A DNA stretch of 64,000 nt, from contig DAIRVP010000001.1 in the NCBI GenBank assembly GCA_036802765.1, positions 2,153-66,152 on the forward strand. Direction: 5' to 3'. Under the pieces are notes generated by a model that had not been told where the DNA came from, made no database searches, and was given only the letters and a program-made list of their open reading frames with translations. The first letter of the stretch is position 1. The number at the start of each line of letters is the position of its first letter. The translations under genes were made by a program, and so were the position numbers. Below, one piece after another: positions 37,455-47,462 of the stretch. The stretch is from Candidatus Rokuibacteriota bacterium. GTDB taxonomy: Bacteria; Methylomirabilota; Methylomirabilia; Rokubacteriales; CSP1-6.

Positions 37455-38563
37455 CAGATCTCGCCCGCGCGGAGCGTGAGCGCCGGGGCAAAGCGGTGGC
37501 GGCCGGTGATGTGCTGGCCGTGCGCGTCCTCGTAATCGAACGCGCCCTCCTCGAGGTCGAAGACGGCGACGTCGGCGACCGCGCCCGGCTTCAGCGTCCC
37601 CAGCCGCCCGTCGCGGCCGATCGCCTTCGCGGGATTCGTCGTGACCGCGCGCACGACGTCCGGAAGCGGCATCCCGAGGCTGAGAAACTTGCCCATCGTG
37701 GTCGGCAGGTCTTTGACGCAGCCGGCGGCGCCGCCGCTGGTGAGATCCGACGAGATCGTGTCGGGATAGAACCCTTCGGCAAACGCCGCGCGCACCACGG
37801 GGAAGTTCACGTGCATGCGGCCATGGGCGACGTCGAAGACGATCCCGCGCTCGCGCGCGGCGCGAATGTCCTTCGATACCTTGCCCTGCGCGTCGAGGAT
37901 GCCGTGGCCGCGGCCGTGCAGGAAGTGGCTCACGATGTCGCCGGGCCGCATCAGCGCGAGCAGCTCCGCGAGCGGGCGCGGCGGGTTCGTGCAGTGCAGC
38001 ATCACGCGGCCGCCGATGGCGTCGGCCGCGCGGACCGCGCGCTTGAGCGGCTCGAGCCCCGCCTCGCCGACCACCTCGATCTGGTTGCGAACCTTGATCC
38101 CGAGGATCAAGTCGGCGTGATCACGCGCGGCGCCGACGGCCGCGTCGACGTCGGCATAGGCGAGATGGTTGAGCTCGCCGACCTTGAGATACGTGAGCCC
38201 GATCGCCGAGATGTTGAGGAAGGCGAACATGCGGACGCGCGAGCGCGACATCACCCACTCGCGCATGCCCTCGAAATTGCCGGCGCCCGTGCTGCCGCCG
38301 TCCACCCAGGTGGTGACGCCAGTCGCGCGCGCAACGTCGTCGGTGCGGGGGCCGAAGTCGGAGGCGCCGGCAAAGCAGTGAGCGTGCAGATCGATGAGCC
38401 CTGGCAGCACCAGTCTTCCGCTCACGTCGATGACGGTATCGCCATCGGGGGCGAGTCCCGCGCGCACGTCGGTGACGAGCCCGTCGCGCACGCGCACGTC
38501 GAGCGCGCCAGTCAACCCCCCGCTCGGATCCATCACCTGTCCGCCTCGCAGCAGCACGCCCAT
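37427..38563 (-). CDS. Amidohydrolase-family metallo-hydrolase
   Basis: DLHAHC... metal-binding motif. Start placed at ATG 38563. Confidence 0.75.
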   Translation of the reverse strand: MGVLLRGGQVMDPSGGLTGALDVRVRDGLVTDVRAGLAPDGDTVIDVSGRLVLPGLIDLHAHCFAGASDFGPRTDDVARATGVTTWVDGGSTGAGNFEGMREWVMSRSRVRMFAFLNISAIGLTYLKVGELNHLAYADVDAAVGAARDHADLILGIKVRNQIEVVGEAGLEPLKRAVRAADAIGGRVMLHCTNPPRPLAELLALMRPGDIVSHFLHGRGHGILDAQGKVSKDIRAARERGIVFDVAHGRMHVNFPVVRAAFAEGFYPDTISSDLTSGGAAGCVKDLPTTMGKFLSLGMPLPDVVRAVTTNPAKAIGRDGRLGTLKPGAVADVAVFDLEEGAFDYEDAHGQHITGRHRFAPALTLRAGEIWWRRPPASS

Positions 38564-38609
38564 GACTCGCCTCCGCCCGCATCGAGCACATCCCGTAAGA
38601 TCGGGCGCC

Positions 38610-39476
38610 GTGAGCTTACCCGAACGAATTCTATTGATCCAGGGTTCGCCGCTCCTCGCAGCGCTGCAACGACTCGCGCGCGACGCGCGGTGTGTGTTCT
38701 TCGCCGGCTTGCCAGGCACCGGCAAGAGCCTGCTGATCCACCAGCTCGCGCACCTGGCTGGCGCGAGCGGACGAGCCATGCATCTGCTGCAATGGGACGT
38801 CGCTCGCCCCGCCTTCGAGGCGAGCCCGGCCGGGCGCCGGTATCCCCAACACCACGGCGTCACGCACGCGATGATTCGCATCGCGGTCGGACGCTGGGCC
38901 CGTCCCGCGATCGCGCGGTGGGACGCCGTGCAGCCGTCGAGCGCCCTGCTCGTCGGCGAGACACCGTTCGTCGGCCATCGCTTCATCGACCTCGCCCGAT
39001 CGTTCGACGATGCGGCGGAGCGGGTCCTGAGCGCGCCTACGACGCGCTTCGTGATTCCCGTGCCCTCGGTCTCGCTCCGACGCCATCTCGAAGCCGAGCG
39101 CGTCCGCCGCGCCGCAGCACCCGTCCACGCCCGCGAGCGTGAGGACGCGCCGCCCGACGTGCTGCGCGCCGTGTGGCGCGAGCTCGTCGGCGCCGCCGCC
39201 GCGCTCGGCCTCGCGCGCATCGCCGACGACGCCGACTACGATCCCGAAGTCTATCGAGCGGTCTACGAACGGCTGCTGGCGCGTCGTCACGTCGAAGCGC
39301 TGATGCTCGACGAACGGCTGCCGACGAGCGGGATGTCGGCCTACGAGTTCGGGATCCCGGCCACGGATCTCGTGCCGAGCGAGCAGGAAACCACACGCTT
39401 CATCGCCGAAGCCGAGCGCGAGTACACTGACTCGGCGGCGCTCGAGCGCGCCATCGTCGGCTGGTTCGAGCCCTGA
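38610..39476 (+). CDS. P-loop NTPase of unknown function
   Basis: GLPGTGKS Walker A. GTG start proposed. Confidence 0.4.
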   Translation: MSLPERILLIQGSPLLAALQRLARDARCVFFAGLPGTGKSLLIHQLAHLAGASGRAMHLLQWDVARPAFEASPAGRRYPQHHGVTHAMIRIAVGRWARPAIARWDAVQPSSALLVGETPFVGHRFIDLARSFDDAAERVLSAPTTRFVIPVPSVSLRRHLEAERVRRAAAPVHAREREDAPPDVLRAVWRELVGAAAALGLARIADDADYDPEVYRAVYERLLARRHVEALMLDERLPTSGMSAYEFGIPATDLVPSEQETTRFIAEAEREYTDSAALERAIVGWFEP

Positions 39477-39500
39477 TACCCTGACCGCCGGAGGACGGCC

Positions 39501-40382
39501 ATGACCACGACGATCGCCCAGCGCTATCTCACCGAGGAGCAGATCGCGAGCTACCGCCGGGACGGCTACCTCGCCGTGCCCGGCGTCATCGACGCCGAGC
39601 GCGTGCAGGCACTCCGCCGCGTGACCGAGGCGTTCGTCGAGCGCGCGCGGGGCCTCGCGCGGAGCGATGCGGTGTTCGACCTCGATCCGCGTCATACGGC
39701 CGCGGCGCCGATCGTGAGGCGGATCAAGAATCCCGCCGATCACGATCCGCTCTACGCGTGGGTGTCGCTGGAGTCGCCGATCCTCGACATCGTCACCGAG
39801 CTGCTCGGGCCGTCGATCCGTTTTCATCACAGCAAGCTGAATCTCAAGGGCGGTCACGTCGGCGCGCCGGTCGAGGTGCATCAGGACGCGGCGTTCTACC
39901 CGCACTCGAACGACGACGTGCTCGCCGTCGGCCTGTTGCTGGACGACGCGACGGCGGAAAACGGCGCCATGTCCGTGCTGCCTGGCAGCCATCGCGGACC
40001 GATCTACACGCACTACGATGCGCAGGGGCGCTTCGTCGGCGGCCTGCGCGCCGAGGACATCTCGCGGCTCGATCGGAGCGGCGCCACGCTGCTCGCGCTG
40101 CCGGCTGGCAGCATCCACATCCATCACTACCGGCTCGTGCACTGGTCGGCCCCCAACACGTCGCCCGCGGATCGCCGGCTGCTCATCGACGCGTACTCCG
40201 CGGCCGATGCGATCCCGCTCGCGGCGGATCCGACGTGCTCACCGCGCTACGGACGGCTCGTGCGTGGCTCCTATCCGTCCGTCGCGCGCCGCACCGCCGG
40301 CGACATGCCGATGCCGCCCGACTTCAGTCGCGGTTACACGTCGATTTACGAGCTGCAGCAGAACGACGCCGTCAGCCCTTGA
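39501..40382 (+). CDS. Phytanoyl-CoA dioxygenase (PhyH) family Fe(II)/2OG oxygenase
   Basis: HQD...H facial-triad context. Confidence 0.8.
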   Translation: MTTTIAQRYLTEEQIASYRRDGYLAVPGVIDAERVQALRRVTEAFVERARGLARSDAVFDLDPRHTAAAPIVRRIKNPADHDPLYAWVSLESPILDIVTELLGPSIRFHHSKLNLKGGHVGAPVEVHQDAAFYPHSNDDVLAVGLLLDDATAENGAMSVLPGSHRGPIYTHYDAQGRFVGGLRAEDISRLDRSGATLLALPAGSIHIHHYRLVHWSAPNTSPADRRLLIDAYSAADAIPLAADPTCSPRYGRLVRGSYPSVARRTAGDMPMPPDFSRGYTSIYELQQNDAVSP

Positions 40383-41196
40383 CGGACCCGGCCGCCAGCC
40401 CTTCCACCATCCAGCGGTGGATGAACATGTAGAGCGCGACGACAGGGAGCGTCGTGATGACGGAGGCCGCCATCAGCTGGCCCCACGAGAACACGTCGCC
40501 GTAGATCAACAAGTTCAGTCCCACCGGCACGGTGATCGCCGTCTCGTCCTGGATGAACACCAGCGCGTACAGAAACTCGTTCCACGACAGCGTGAACGCG
40601 AAGATCGAGGACGCCACGAGGCCCGGCGCGGCCAGCGGCAGCAGCACACGCGTCAGCGCCGCCGCGCGCGTCGCGCCGTCCACGAATGCCGCTTCCTCGA
40701 GCTCGCGCGGCAGGGCCTTGAAGAAGCCGATCAGGAGCCACGTGCAGAACGGAACCGTGAACGTCGGATAGGACAGCACGAGCGCCATGAGGCTGTTCGT
40801 GGCGCCCAGCTCGGCCAGCACGCGATAGAGCGGGATGAAGAGCAACGCCGGCGGCACGAGGTAGAGGACCAGGATGAGCGTCGCGAAGGACTCGCGTCCA
40901 GGAAAGCGCAGCCGCGCGACCGCATAGCCGGCGAGGCTCGCCACGATCGTGGTCACGGCTGTCACGAGGACCGCGGTCACCAGGCTGTTGCGCAGCCACA
41001 GCGGAAAGCGCGTCGCCGTCAACAACAGCGTGTAGTTCTCCCACGTGAACGGGCGCGGCACGTAGATGCTGGTCGCGAACTGTACCTGCTCGTAGGTCTT
41101 GAACGACATGCTGGCGATCCACCAGAACGGCACGAGCACGATCAGCAGAAACGCAATGATGCCGGCGATGGTGATGACACGCGCCCGCGTGCTCAT
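40372..41196 (-). CDS. Carbohydrate ABC transporter permease (MalG-like)
   Basis: EAA loop. Start placed at ATG 41196. Confidence 0.8.
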   Translation of the reverse strand: MSTRARVITIAGIIAFLLIVLVPFWWIASMSFKTYEQVQFATSIYVPRPFTWENYTLLLTATRFPLWLRNSLVTAVLVTAVTTIVASLAGYAVARLRFPGRESFATLILVLYLVPPALLFIPLYRVLAELGATNSLMALVLSYPTFTVPFCTWLLIGFFKALPRELEEAAFVDGATRAAALTRVLLPLAAPGLVASSIFAFTLSWNEFLYALVFIQDETAITVPVGLNLLIYGDVFSWGQLMAASVITTLPVVALYMFIHRWMVEGLAAGSVKG

Positions 41197-42086
41197 TCCC
41201 GCTCTCTCAGCAGATACCGGCTCACGAGCGCGATGGCGACGATGAGCGCGGGCACGAGGAAGATCGAGATCGTCACCCCGCGCCCCCAGCGCAGCTGGTT
41301 GAAGGCCACCTCGTAGGAATACGTCGCGAACACCTGCGTGGCGGTGCCGGGCCCGCCACGCGTCATCACGTACACGATGTTGAAGTCGTTGATGGTGAGA
41401 ATGAACGACAGCACGATCGTCACGATGAGAACGTGCCGTAGCCCGGGCAGCGTGACGTGCCGAAACCGATGCCAGGCGCCGGCGCCGTCGACCGAGGCGG
41501 CGTCGTAGAGCTCGCGCGGGATAGCCTGCATCGCCGCCAGGTACGACACGCCGAAGAATGGAAACGCGCGCCACCAGTTCGCGACGATGACGGCCGCCAT
41601 GGCGCCGGCGGGCGTCGCCATGAACGCGATCGGCCGGCTCACCAGGCCGGCGTCGAGCAGCACGCTGTTGAAAAAGCCGCGGCCTGGAAATGCGTCGAAC
41701 ATCCAGCGCCACGTGAGCGCGATGATCACCGTCGACGTGATCCAAGGCAGCAGGAACAGCCCGCGGAAGAACGTGCGTCCGCGCCACACGGCGTTGAGCA
41801 CGAGCGCCATCGCCAGTCCGGTGAGCACCTTGAGCACGAGCGAGCCGGCGGTGAAGACGAGCGTGTTCCGGACGACCTCGTGAAACGTGTCGTCGTCCAG
41901 CAGGTAAGCGTAGTTGCGGAGGCCCACGAACCGCTCCGGGTAGCCGACGAGCTTGTCGGTCAGCGACAGCCAGATCGCGCGCGAGAACGGATACGCGATG
42001 AGACCGACCACGAGCAGTAGGAGCGGCGACAGAAACAGAAACGCGGCGCCGGTGTCGCGGGACCGTCTTCTATTGAATGATCTCAT
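41193..42086 (-). CDS. Carbohydrate ABC transporter permease (MalF-like)
   Basis: EAA loop ...AAMQAIPRELYDAASVDGAG... Confidence 0.8.
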   Translation of the reverse strand: MRSFNRRRSRDTGAAFLFLSPLLLLVVGLIAYPFSRAIWLSLTDKLVGYPERFVGLRNYAYLLDDDTFHEVVRNTLVFTAGSLVLKVLTGLAMALVLNAVWRGRTFFRGLFLLPWITSTVIIALTWRWMFDAFPGRGFFNSVLLDAGLVSRPIAFMATPAGAMAAVIVANWWRAFPFFGVSYLAAMQAIPRELYDAASVDGAGAWHRFRHVTLPGLRHVLIVTIVLSFILTINDFNIVYVMTRGGPGTATQVFATYSYEVAFNQLRWGRGVTISIFLVPALIVAIALVSRYLLRERE

Positions 42087-43047
42087 CCGCTCGCAGCAGC
42101 AGCGACTGCGGGATGGTCACGCCGAGGACCCTGGCCGTCTTGAGGTTGATGACCAGCTTGAACTTGGTCGGCTGCTCGAAGGGCAGGTCGGCCGGCTTCG
42201 CGCCTCTCAGGATCTTGTCGGTGAGGTCGGCCGCACGCCGCCAGAGCTCCTCTTCTTCCGCCCCGTAGCTCAGCAAGGCGCCGGCCGTCTCGGGATACGA
42301 GCGGTCGAGCATGCTCGGAATCCGCTTCTGCGTCGCGAACTCCACGATTTGTTCACCGTGCTGGAGCGTCAGACGATCGCCGATCAGGAGGACCGCGTCG
42401 GGGCGCTCTCGAGCCGTGTCATTCAGAACGCGCTCGAAATCCGACGGGCCGCGCACCTCGCGCGATTGCAGCGTGATGTGCAAGACGCGGGCGGCGTCCT
42501 GCACTTCCCTCCACGACCGCGCGTTCGCCGGGTTGGCGGCGTTCCACACGACGGCCACGGTGGCCACGTGCGGGATCGCTTGCGCCAGCAGCTGCAGTCG
42601 CTTGGCGAAGAGGTCGGGGGCCTGCTGCGTCGTGCCCGTGATGTTCCCGCCAGGCCGCGCGAGGCTCGCCACCAGCCCGACGCCCACGGGATCGATCGAG
42701 TTCGCCAGAACGACCGGTATCGTCTTCGTCACGTTCTTGACGGCCAGCGCGGCCGGGGTCGTCGTGGCGATGATCAGGTCGAGGTTGAGTCGGGCGAGCG
42801 CGGTCGCAAATTCCGGAAACCGCTCCGCGCGTCCGTCGGAGTATCGACGCTCCACGACGAGGTTCTGTCCCTCCACGTACCCGAGTTGGTTCAGATGCTG
42901 GAAGAAGACGTTCTCGATCCTCATGTACGCGACCGAGATGAAGCCGATGCGCCACACCTTGCCCGCCTGCTGCGCCTCGATGGCGAGCGGATGGATGGCG
43001 AGCGCGACGGCGAGTGCCGCTGCGAGCGCCGCGCGAAGGCGGGTCAT
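42070..43047 (-). CDS. ABC-type substrate-binding protein (ABC_sub_bind/BMP-like family)
   Basis: Signal peptide. It sits between the family-1 SBP and the two permeases. Confidence 0.65.
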   Translation of the reverse strand: MTRLRAALAAALAVALAIHPLAIEAQQAGKVWRIGFISVAYMRIENVFFQHLNQLGYVEGQNLVVERRYSDGRAERFPEFATALARLNLDLIIATTTPAALAVKNVTKTIPVVLANSIDPVGVGLVASLARPGGNITGTTQQAPDLFAKRLQLLAQAIPHVATVAVVWNAANPANARSWREVQDAARVLHITLQSREVRGPSDFERVLNDTARERPDAVLLIGDRLTLQHGEQIVEFATQKRIPSMLDRSYPETAGALLSYGAEEEELWRRAADLTDKILRGAKPADLPFEQPTKFKLVINLKTARVLGVTIPQSLLLRADEIIQ

Positions 43048-43075
43048 GCCGGGGCGGTGCCGAGCAACGTGGGTC

Positions 43076-44428
43076 TCACCCGCCGAGCGTGCCGTAAATC
43101 TCCTTGATCTTCTTGTCCTCCCACTCGATCGCCTGGTCGACCGACCATTTATCGACGATGACCTTGGCGGGCGCGTCGGTGAGAACGTTGCTCGCCTGCA
43201 CTTCGGCGGCGGCCGCTGTCACGGGTCCCGGCCAGCCGGTGGGCACGAACCACTCTGCCGCCTTGCCGAATGTTCGGTAGTTCTCGTTCTTGTTGAAGTA
43301 GTCCTTTGAGGCCGCACGCCCTTTGTCCAGCACAGGCGCGAACTGGCCGTACGAATCCTTCATCACACCCAGGGTCTCTTCGGGGGACAGCAGGTGTGCG
43401 ACCAGGCTCATAGCGGCCTCGGGATCCTTGCTGTTCTTGAAGATGCCGAAGCTCATCGCGATGGCCCACATCCGGCGGCCGTCGGGTCCGGCCGGGTGCG
43501 GGAGCGCGAGGTGATTCGCGAGCGCCTCTTCCTTCTTCTTGCGATCCGCCGCGTCGGTGGCCTTGGCCACCGCGTTCTCCATCGCGAACGTGATGCTCGG
43601 GCCATTGGACGTTTGCGCGATGTTCTTGGCGATGAAGTTCTCGTTGTTGCCCGAGCCCGTCCACGTCAGCGTGTCAGCGGGCTGGATGCCTTCCTTGTAG
43701 ATGTCCGTCGCCCAGCGCATCACCGTCTGCATCGCAGGCGTTTTGATCGAGCGATACTTGCCTTCTTTCGTCACCCAGCTCGCGCCATACGAGTACATCA
43801 GGCTCTGCATGACCCCGTAGCCGTCGGCGGTGCGGTTCCAGGATTGGCCGAGGCCGTAGAAGTTGTCCTTGGGGCGGTTCAGCGCCTGCGCGGCCTGCTT
43901 GGCTTCTTCGAACGTGGTCGGAAGCTTGACCTTCTTCTTCTCGAACTCGTCGCGCCAGACGTACCAGAACGGCGCCATGATGTACCACGGAATCGCCCAC
44001 GTCTTGCCGTCGACGATGTTGACGGGCGCGACGTTGGCCGGCGGCTTACCGACTTGCCCCTCGATCTGCTTGGCGAAGCCGGTGAGATCCAGCAGCTGGC
44101 CCATCCCCGCAAAGCGCGCGGGCGCGCTCGTCTCGAGCTGGCCGACGTCGGGCGTGTTCTTGTTCTCGATGGCCGCCACGTACTTCGTCTGCATGTCCTC
44201 GAAGGTGAAGTACTCGACGACGACGCTGCCGCCGTTCTTGGCCGCCCAGCGCTGCGCGCTGGCCTCGATGGCCTTATTCGTCGGCTCGACGTAGGTCTTG
44301 AGGATCCAGAGGCGGAGGTTGGCCGCCTTCTTCTGAGCGGGCGCCTCACGAGCGCCGAGCGCCAATGCCGCGCCCGCCGTCGTTGCGCCGATGAGGAAAT
44401 GCCGCCGACTCACGCGCCGGTGTGCCAT
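43076..44428 (-). CDS. Extracellular solute-binding protein family 1, Tat signal (sugar ABC SBP)
   Basis: SRRHFLIGATTAGAALALG. A sigma70-like TTGACA-N18-GATACT lies upstream. Confidence 0.8.
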   Translation of the reverse strand: MAHRRVSRRHFLIGATTAGAALALGAREAPAQKKAANLRLWILKTYVEPTNKAIEASAQRWAAKNGGSVVVEYFTFEDMQTKYVAAIENKNTPDVGQLETSAPARFAGMGQLLDLTGFAKQIEGQVGKPPANVAPVNIVDGKTWAIPWYIMAPFWYVWRDEFEKKKVKLPTTFEEAKQAAQALNRPKDNFYGLGQSWNRTADGYGVMQSLMYSYGASWVTKEGKYRSIKTPAMQTVMRWATDIYKEGIQPADTLTWTGSGNNENFIAKNIAQTSNGPSITFAMENAVAKATDAADRKKKEEALANHLALPHPAGPDGRRMWAIAMSFGIFKNSKDPEAAMSLVAHLLSPEETLGVMKDSYGQFAPVLDKGRAASKDYFNKNENYRTFGKAAEWFVPTGWPGPVTAAAAEVQASNVLTDAPAKVIVDKWSVDQAIEWEDKKIKEIYGTLGG

Positions 44429-44496
44429 GGGAGCCTCCCGTGTGCGCGCGAGTATCGGCGCCGCCCGCGGCCGGTGTCAACCCGGGCGGCGCCGCG

Positions 44497-44898
44497 TCAG
44501 ATCTCGGTCTTCGTCGTCGTCGTCTTCACACCCTGCTCGTCGTCGGGCGTGTCGCTCCCGTCGGTGCCCTGGTCGAGCGCCTCGAGCATCTGCTTTCCGG
44601 CCTCGTCGGCGAAGAGGACACCGACCAGCACCCGATCACCGACGATCCGCATGCCGGTCAACGCGACGACGGCGGGCTCGAACGCAATGGCCCCGTTCGC
44701 AGCATCCTCCACCGCATCCTGGAGCGCCCGCTCAAAATCGTGCGGCGATTTGATGTCGGCGATGTCGATCGCCGTCGTCACCTGCACCACGTGCGCAGAG
44801 ACAACGCTCGCAATGACGAGCGTCGCGAGCATGAACGCGAGCGCCACGGAGACGATCGGCAAACGGCGATGGTCCGTCGAGAGTCTGAGCCTGGTCAT
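44497..44898 (-). CDS. Small membrane-anchored/exported hypothetical protein
   Basis: N-terminal hydrophobic segment. RBS GGAGGG. Confidence 0.45.
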   Translation of the reverse strand: MTRLRLSTDHRRLPIVSVALAFMLATLVIASVVSAHVVQVTTAIDIADIKSPHDFERALQDAVEDAANGAIAFEPAVVALTGMRIVGDRVLVGVLFADEAGKQMLEALDQGTDGSDTPDDEQGVKTTTTKTEI

Positions 44899-44927
44899 AT
44901 TGGGCGCCCTCCGGCCGCACGTGTCTT

Positions 44928-44942
44928 GCAGGGTTCAGGCCA
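44928..44942 (-). promoter_or_regulatory. Possible sigma54-type promoter (TGGCCT-N5-CTGC) upstream of 44497..44898
   Basis: GG/GC spacing is correct. The -24 box is imperfect. Confidence 0.3.
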
Positions 44943-44974
44943 GCCAGTGCGCGCTCAGAGAGGCGGTGTAGGAC

Positions 44975-45472
44975 TTACTTGCGGGACGCGTCGGACGCGG
45001 GCGGCTCGCCGGCTACGAACTCGAGCGACGCGGAGTTCAGGCAGTAGCGACGGCCGGTTGGTGGGGGGCCGTCGGGAAAGACGTGGCCGAGATGACCGTC
45101 GCACCGTCGGCAACGGATCTCGACCCGTTCCATGCCGTACGACCGATCGCGCAGATACGTGATGTGGTCGGGATCGAAGGATTCATAGAACGACGGCCAA
45201 CCGGTCCCCGACTCGAACTTTGTCGCGGAGCGAAAGAGCGGAAGCCCGCAGAGCCGGCAGGTGTAGACTCCGGCCTCCTTGTTGTTCAACAGGCCACCGC
45301 AGAACGGCGGCTCGGTCCCGTGATCGAGCAGCACACGCCGCTCCTCGGCCGACAGTCGCCGCGCGAGGCCCTCGCGTTCCGTTGCCGCGAGCGGATCGAT
45401 CTCGTAACCGGACTTCGAGCGCGTGCTCATGGCCGTCATTATATGATCCTTGCCCGGAGGTGGCGCGGGCAT
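44975..45472 (-). CDS. msrB: Peptide-methionine (R)-S-oxide reductase MsrB
   Basis: CxxC...CxxC zinc motifs and RYCLNSAS catalytic Cys. The start is probably at an internal Met. Confidence 0.85.
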   Translation of the reverse strand: MPAPPPGKDHIMTAMSTRSKSGYEIDPLAATEREGLARRLSAEERRVLLDHGTEPPFCGGLLNNKEAGVYTCRLCGLPLFRSATKFESGTGWPSFYESFDPDHITYLRDRSYGMERVEIRCRRCDGHLGHVFPDGPPPTGRRYCLNSASLEFVAGEPPASDASRK

Positions 45473-46460
45473 GGACTATCGCACGCTCGGACGGACGGGA
45501 CTCCGCGTTGGGGCGCTCGGCTTCGGCTGCGGCAACGTGGGCGGTCTGCTTATCCGCGGCACGCCCGCCGAGCGCGAGCGCGCCGTGGCGCGCGCGCTCG
45601 AGCTGGGTCTGAATTACTTCGACACCGCGCCGCTCTATGGCGACGGCCAGTCGGAGACGAACCTCGGCCAGGTGCTGCGCACGCTGAAGCCGCAGCTGTA
45701 CGTCGGCACGAAGTTCCGCGTCCCTGACGTGCCCGCGGCCGACTTGCCCGCCGCGGTGGTGAGCTCGCTCGAGGCCAGCCTCAGACGCCTCGGCCTCGAG
45801 CGCGTCGATCTGCTGCAGTGCCACAACCTCGTCACTCGAGAACGCAACGGGCGCAGCGTGGCCGTCAAAGACATGCGCGACGCGATCGTGCCCGCGCTGG
45901 TGCGTCTGGTCGAACAGGGCAAGATCAGTTTTTACGGTATGACTGCGCTCGGCGAGACCGGCGCGCTGCACGACGTGCTCGACAGCGCCATGGTGCAGAC
46001 GGCACAGGTGTGCTTCAACCTGCTCAATCCGAGCGCGGCGCGCGCGCTGCCGCCAGGCTTCCCCGCTCACGATTTCGGCAAGCTGCTCGACCACGCCGCG
46101 AAGAGCCGCGTCGGGGTGATCGTGATCCGGGTCCTCGCCGCCGGCGCGCTCAGCGGCACCGAGGCGCGCCATCCGATCGCGGTACCCACCGTCGATCCGA
46201 TCGGCTCGGCGCCGGACTACGCCGTCGACGTGCGGCGCGCGCGGCTGCTCGAGCCGCTCGTCAAGGAAGGCCACGCGGCGAGTCTCGTCGAGGCTTCGCT
46301 ACGGTTCGCGCTCACGAGCCCCGCCGTCTCGACCGTGCTGCTCGGCTATTCGAGCCTCGAGCATCTCGAATACGCCGCTGCGGCCGTCGCCAAGGGGCCG
46401 CTGTCGGATGCCGCGCTGACGCGACTGTCGCAGCTCTGGGCGCAGCTCGCTCAGCAGTGA
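45471..46460 (+). CDS. Aldo/keto reductase
   Basis: [19 protein letters not shown]... Confidence 0.85.
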   Translation: MDYRTLGRTGLRVGALGFGCGNVGGLLIRGTPAERERAVARALELGLNYFDTAPLYGDGQSETNLGQVLRTLKPQLYVGTKFRVPDVPAADLPAAVVSSLEASLRRLGLERVDLLQCHNLVTRERNGRSVAVKDMRDAIVPALVRLVEQGKISFYGMTALGETGALHDVLDSAMVQTAQVCFNLLNPSAARALPPGFPAHDFGKLLDHAAKSRVGVIVIRVLAAGALSGTEARHPIAVPTVDPIGSAPDYAVDVRRARLLEPLVKEGHAASLVEASLRFALTSPAVSTVLLGYSSLEHLEYAAAAVAKGPLSDAALTRLSQLWAQLAQQ

Positions 46461-46473
46461 TAGGCTCGGAGCC

Positions 46474-47355
46474 ATGACGCTGACGTTCAAGCAACTTCAT
46501 CCCGCTTTCGTCGGCGAAGCGAGTCCCTTCGAGCTGCGCCAGATCCACGACGACGCCACGCTCGCAGCCATCCGCGACGCGATGAACCGCTACGCCGTGC
46601 TGGTGTTTCACGATCAGCTCTTCACCGACGACGAGCATCTCGCGTTCGCTCAACGGCTCGACGGCGCGTTGCATACCAAGCTCGGCTCGGCGGCCATCCA
46701 GAAGAATCGCTTCGGCAACGAGGCGCTCGGCGACATCTCGAACATCGGCGCCGATGGCGAGATTCTCCAGCCCGGCGACCGACGGCGCGCGTATAGCCTC
46801 GGCAACCGTCTCTGGCACACCGACGCGTCATTTCAGGATCCGCCCGGCCGCTACTCGATGCTCCACGCCAAGGTGATCCCGCCGGTCGGCGCCGACACCG
46901 AATACGCCGACATGCGCGCCGCCTACGACGCGCTGCCGGCGGCGACGAAGGCGCAGCTCGAAGGGCTGCGCGTGCACCATTCGATCGCCTACTCGCGCCA
47001 GACGCTCGGCTTCGATTTCTCGAAGGACGAAGAGGAGATGCTCAAGGGCGCGGTGCACCCTCTCGTGAGGACGTTGCCGCGCTCCGGGCGCCGCGCGCTC
47101 TATCTGGCCTCGCACGCGTCACGGATCATCGACTGGCCCGTGCCCGAAGGCCGCCTGCTGCTCCGCGACCTGATCGAGCACGCCACACAGCGGCAGTTCG
47201 TGCACCGACACGCCTGGCGCGTCGGTGACCTCGTCATCTGGGACAACCGCTGCACGATGCACCGGGCGACCCCGTTCGAGGACGTCGAGCACCGCCGTGA
47301 GCTGCGGCGGGTGACGACGCTCGATCTGCCCGAGCCCGTCGCCGCGCGCGCCTAG
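46474..47355 (+). CDS. TauD/TfdA-family Fe(II)/2OG dioxygenase
   Basis: HTD...H motif. Confidence 0.8.
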   Translation: MTLTFKQLHPAFVGEASPFELRQIHDDATLAAIRDAMNRYAVLVFHDQLFTDDEHLAFAQRLDGALHTKLGSAAIQKNRFGNEALGDISNIGADGEILQPGDRRRAYSLGNRLWHTDASFQDPPGRYSMLHAKVIPPVGADTEYADMRAAYDALPAATKAQLEGLRVHHSIAYSRQTLGFDFSKDEEEMLKGAVHPLVRTLPRSGRRALYLASHASRIIDWPVPEGRLLLRDLIEHATQRQFVHRHAWRVGDLVIWDNRCTMHRATPFEDVEHRRELRRVTTLDLPEPVAARA

Positions 47356-47462
47356 CCCACCGCGCCGGACGCCTCCCGCCGCCTGCGCGCGGCCGTCGTG
47401 CCGCTCGGCGCCGTGGTCGTGCCGCTTGACAGCGGCGTGAAACACATGTTTCATTCAGCTTC

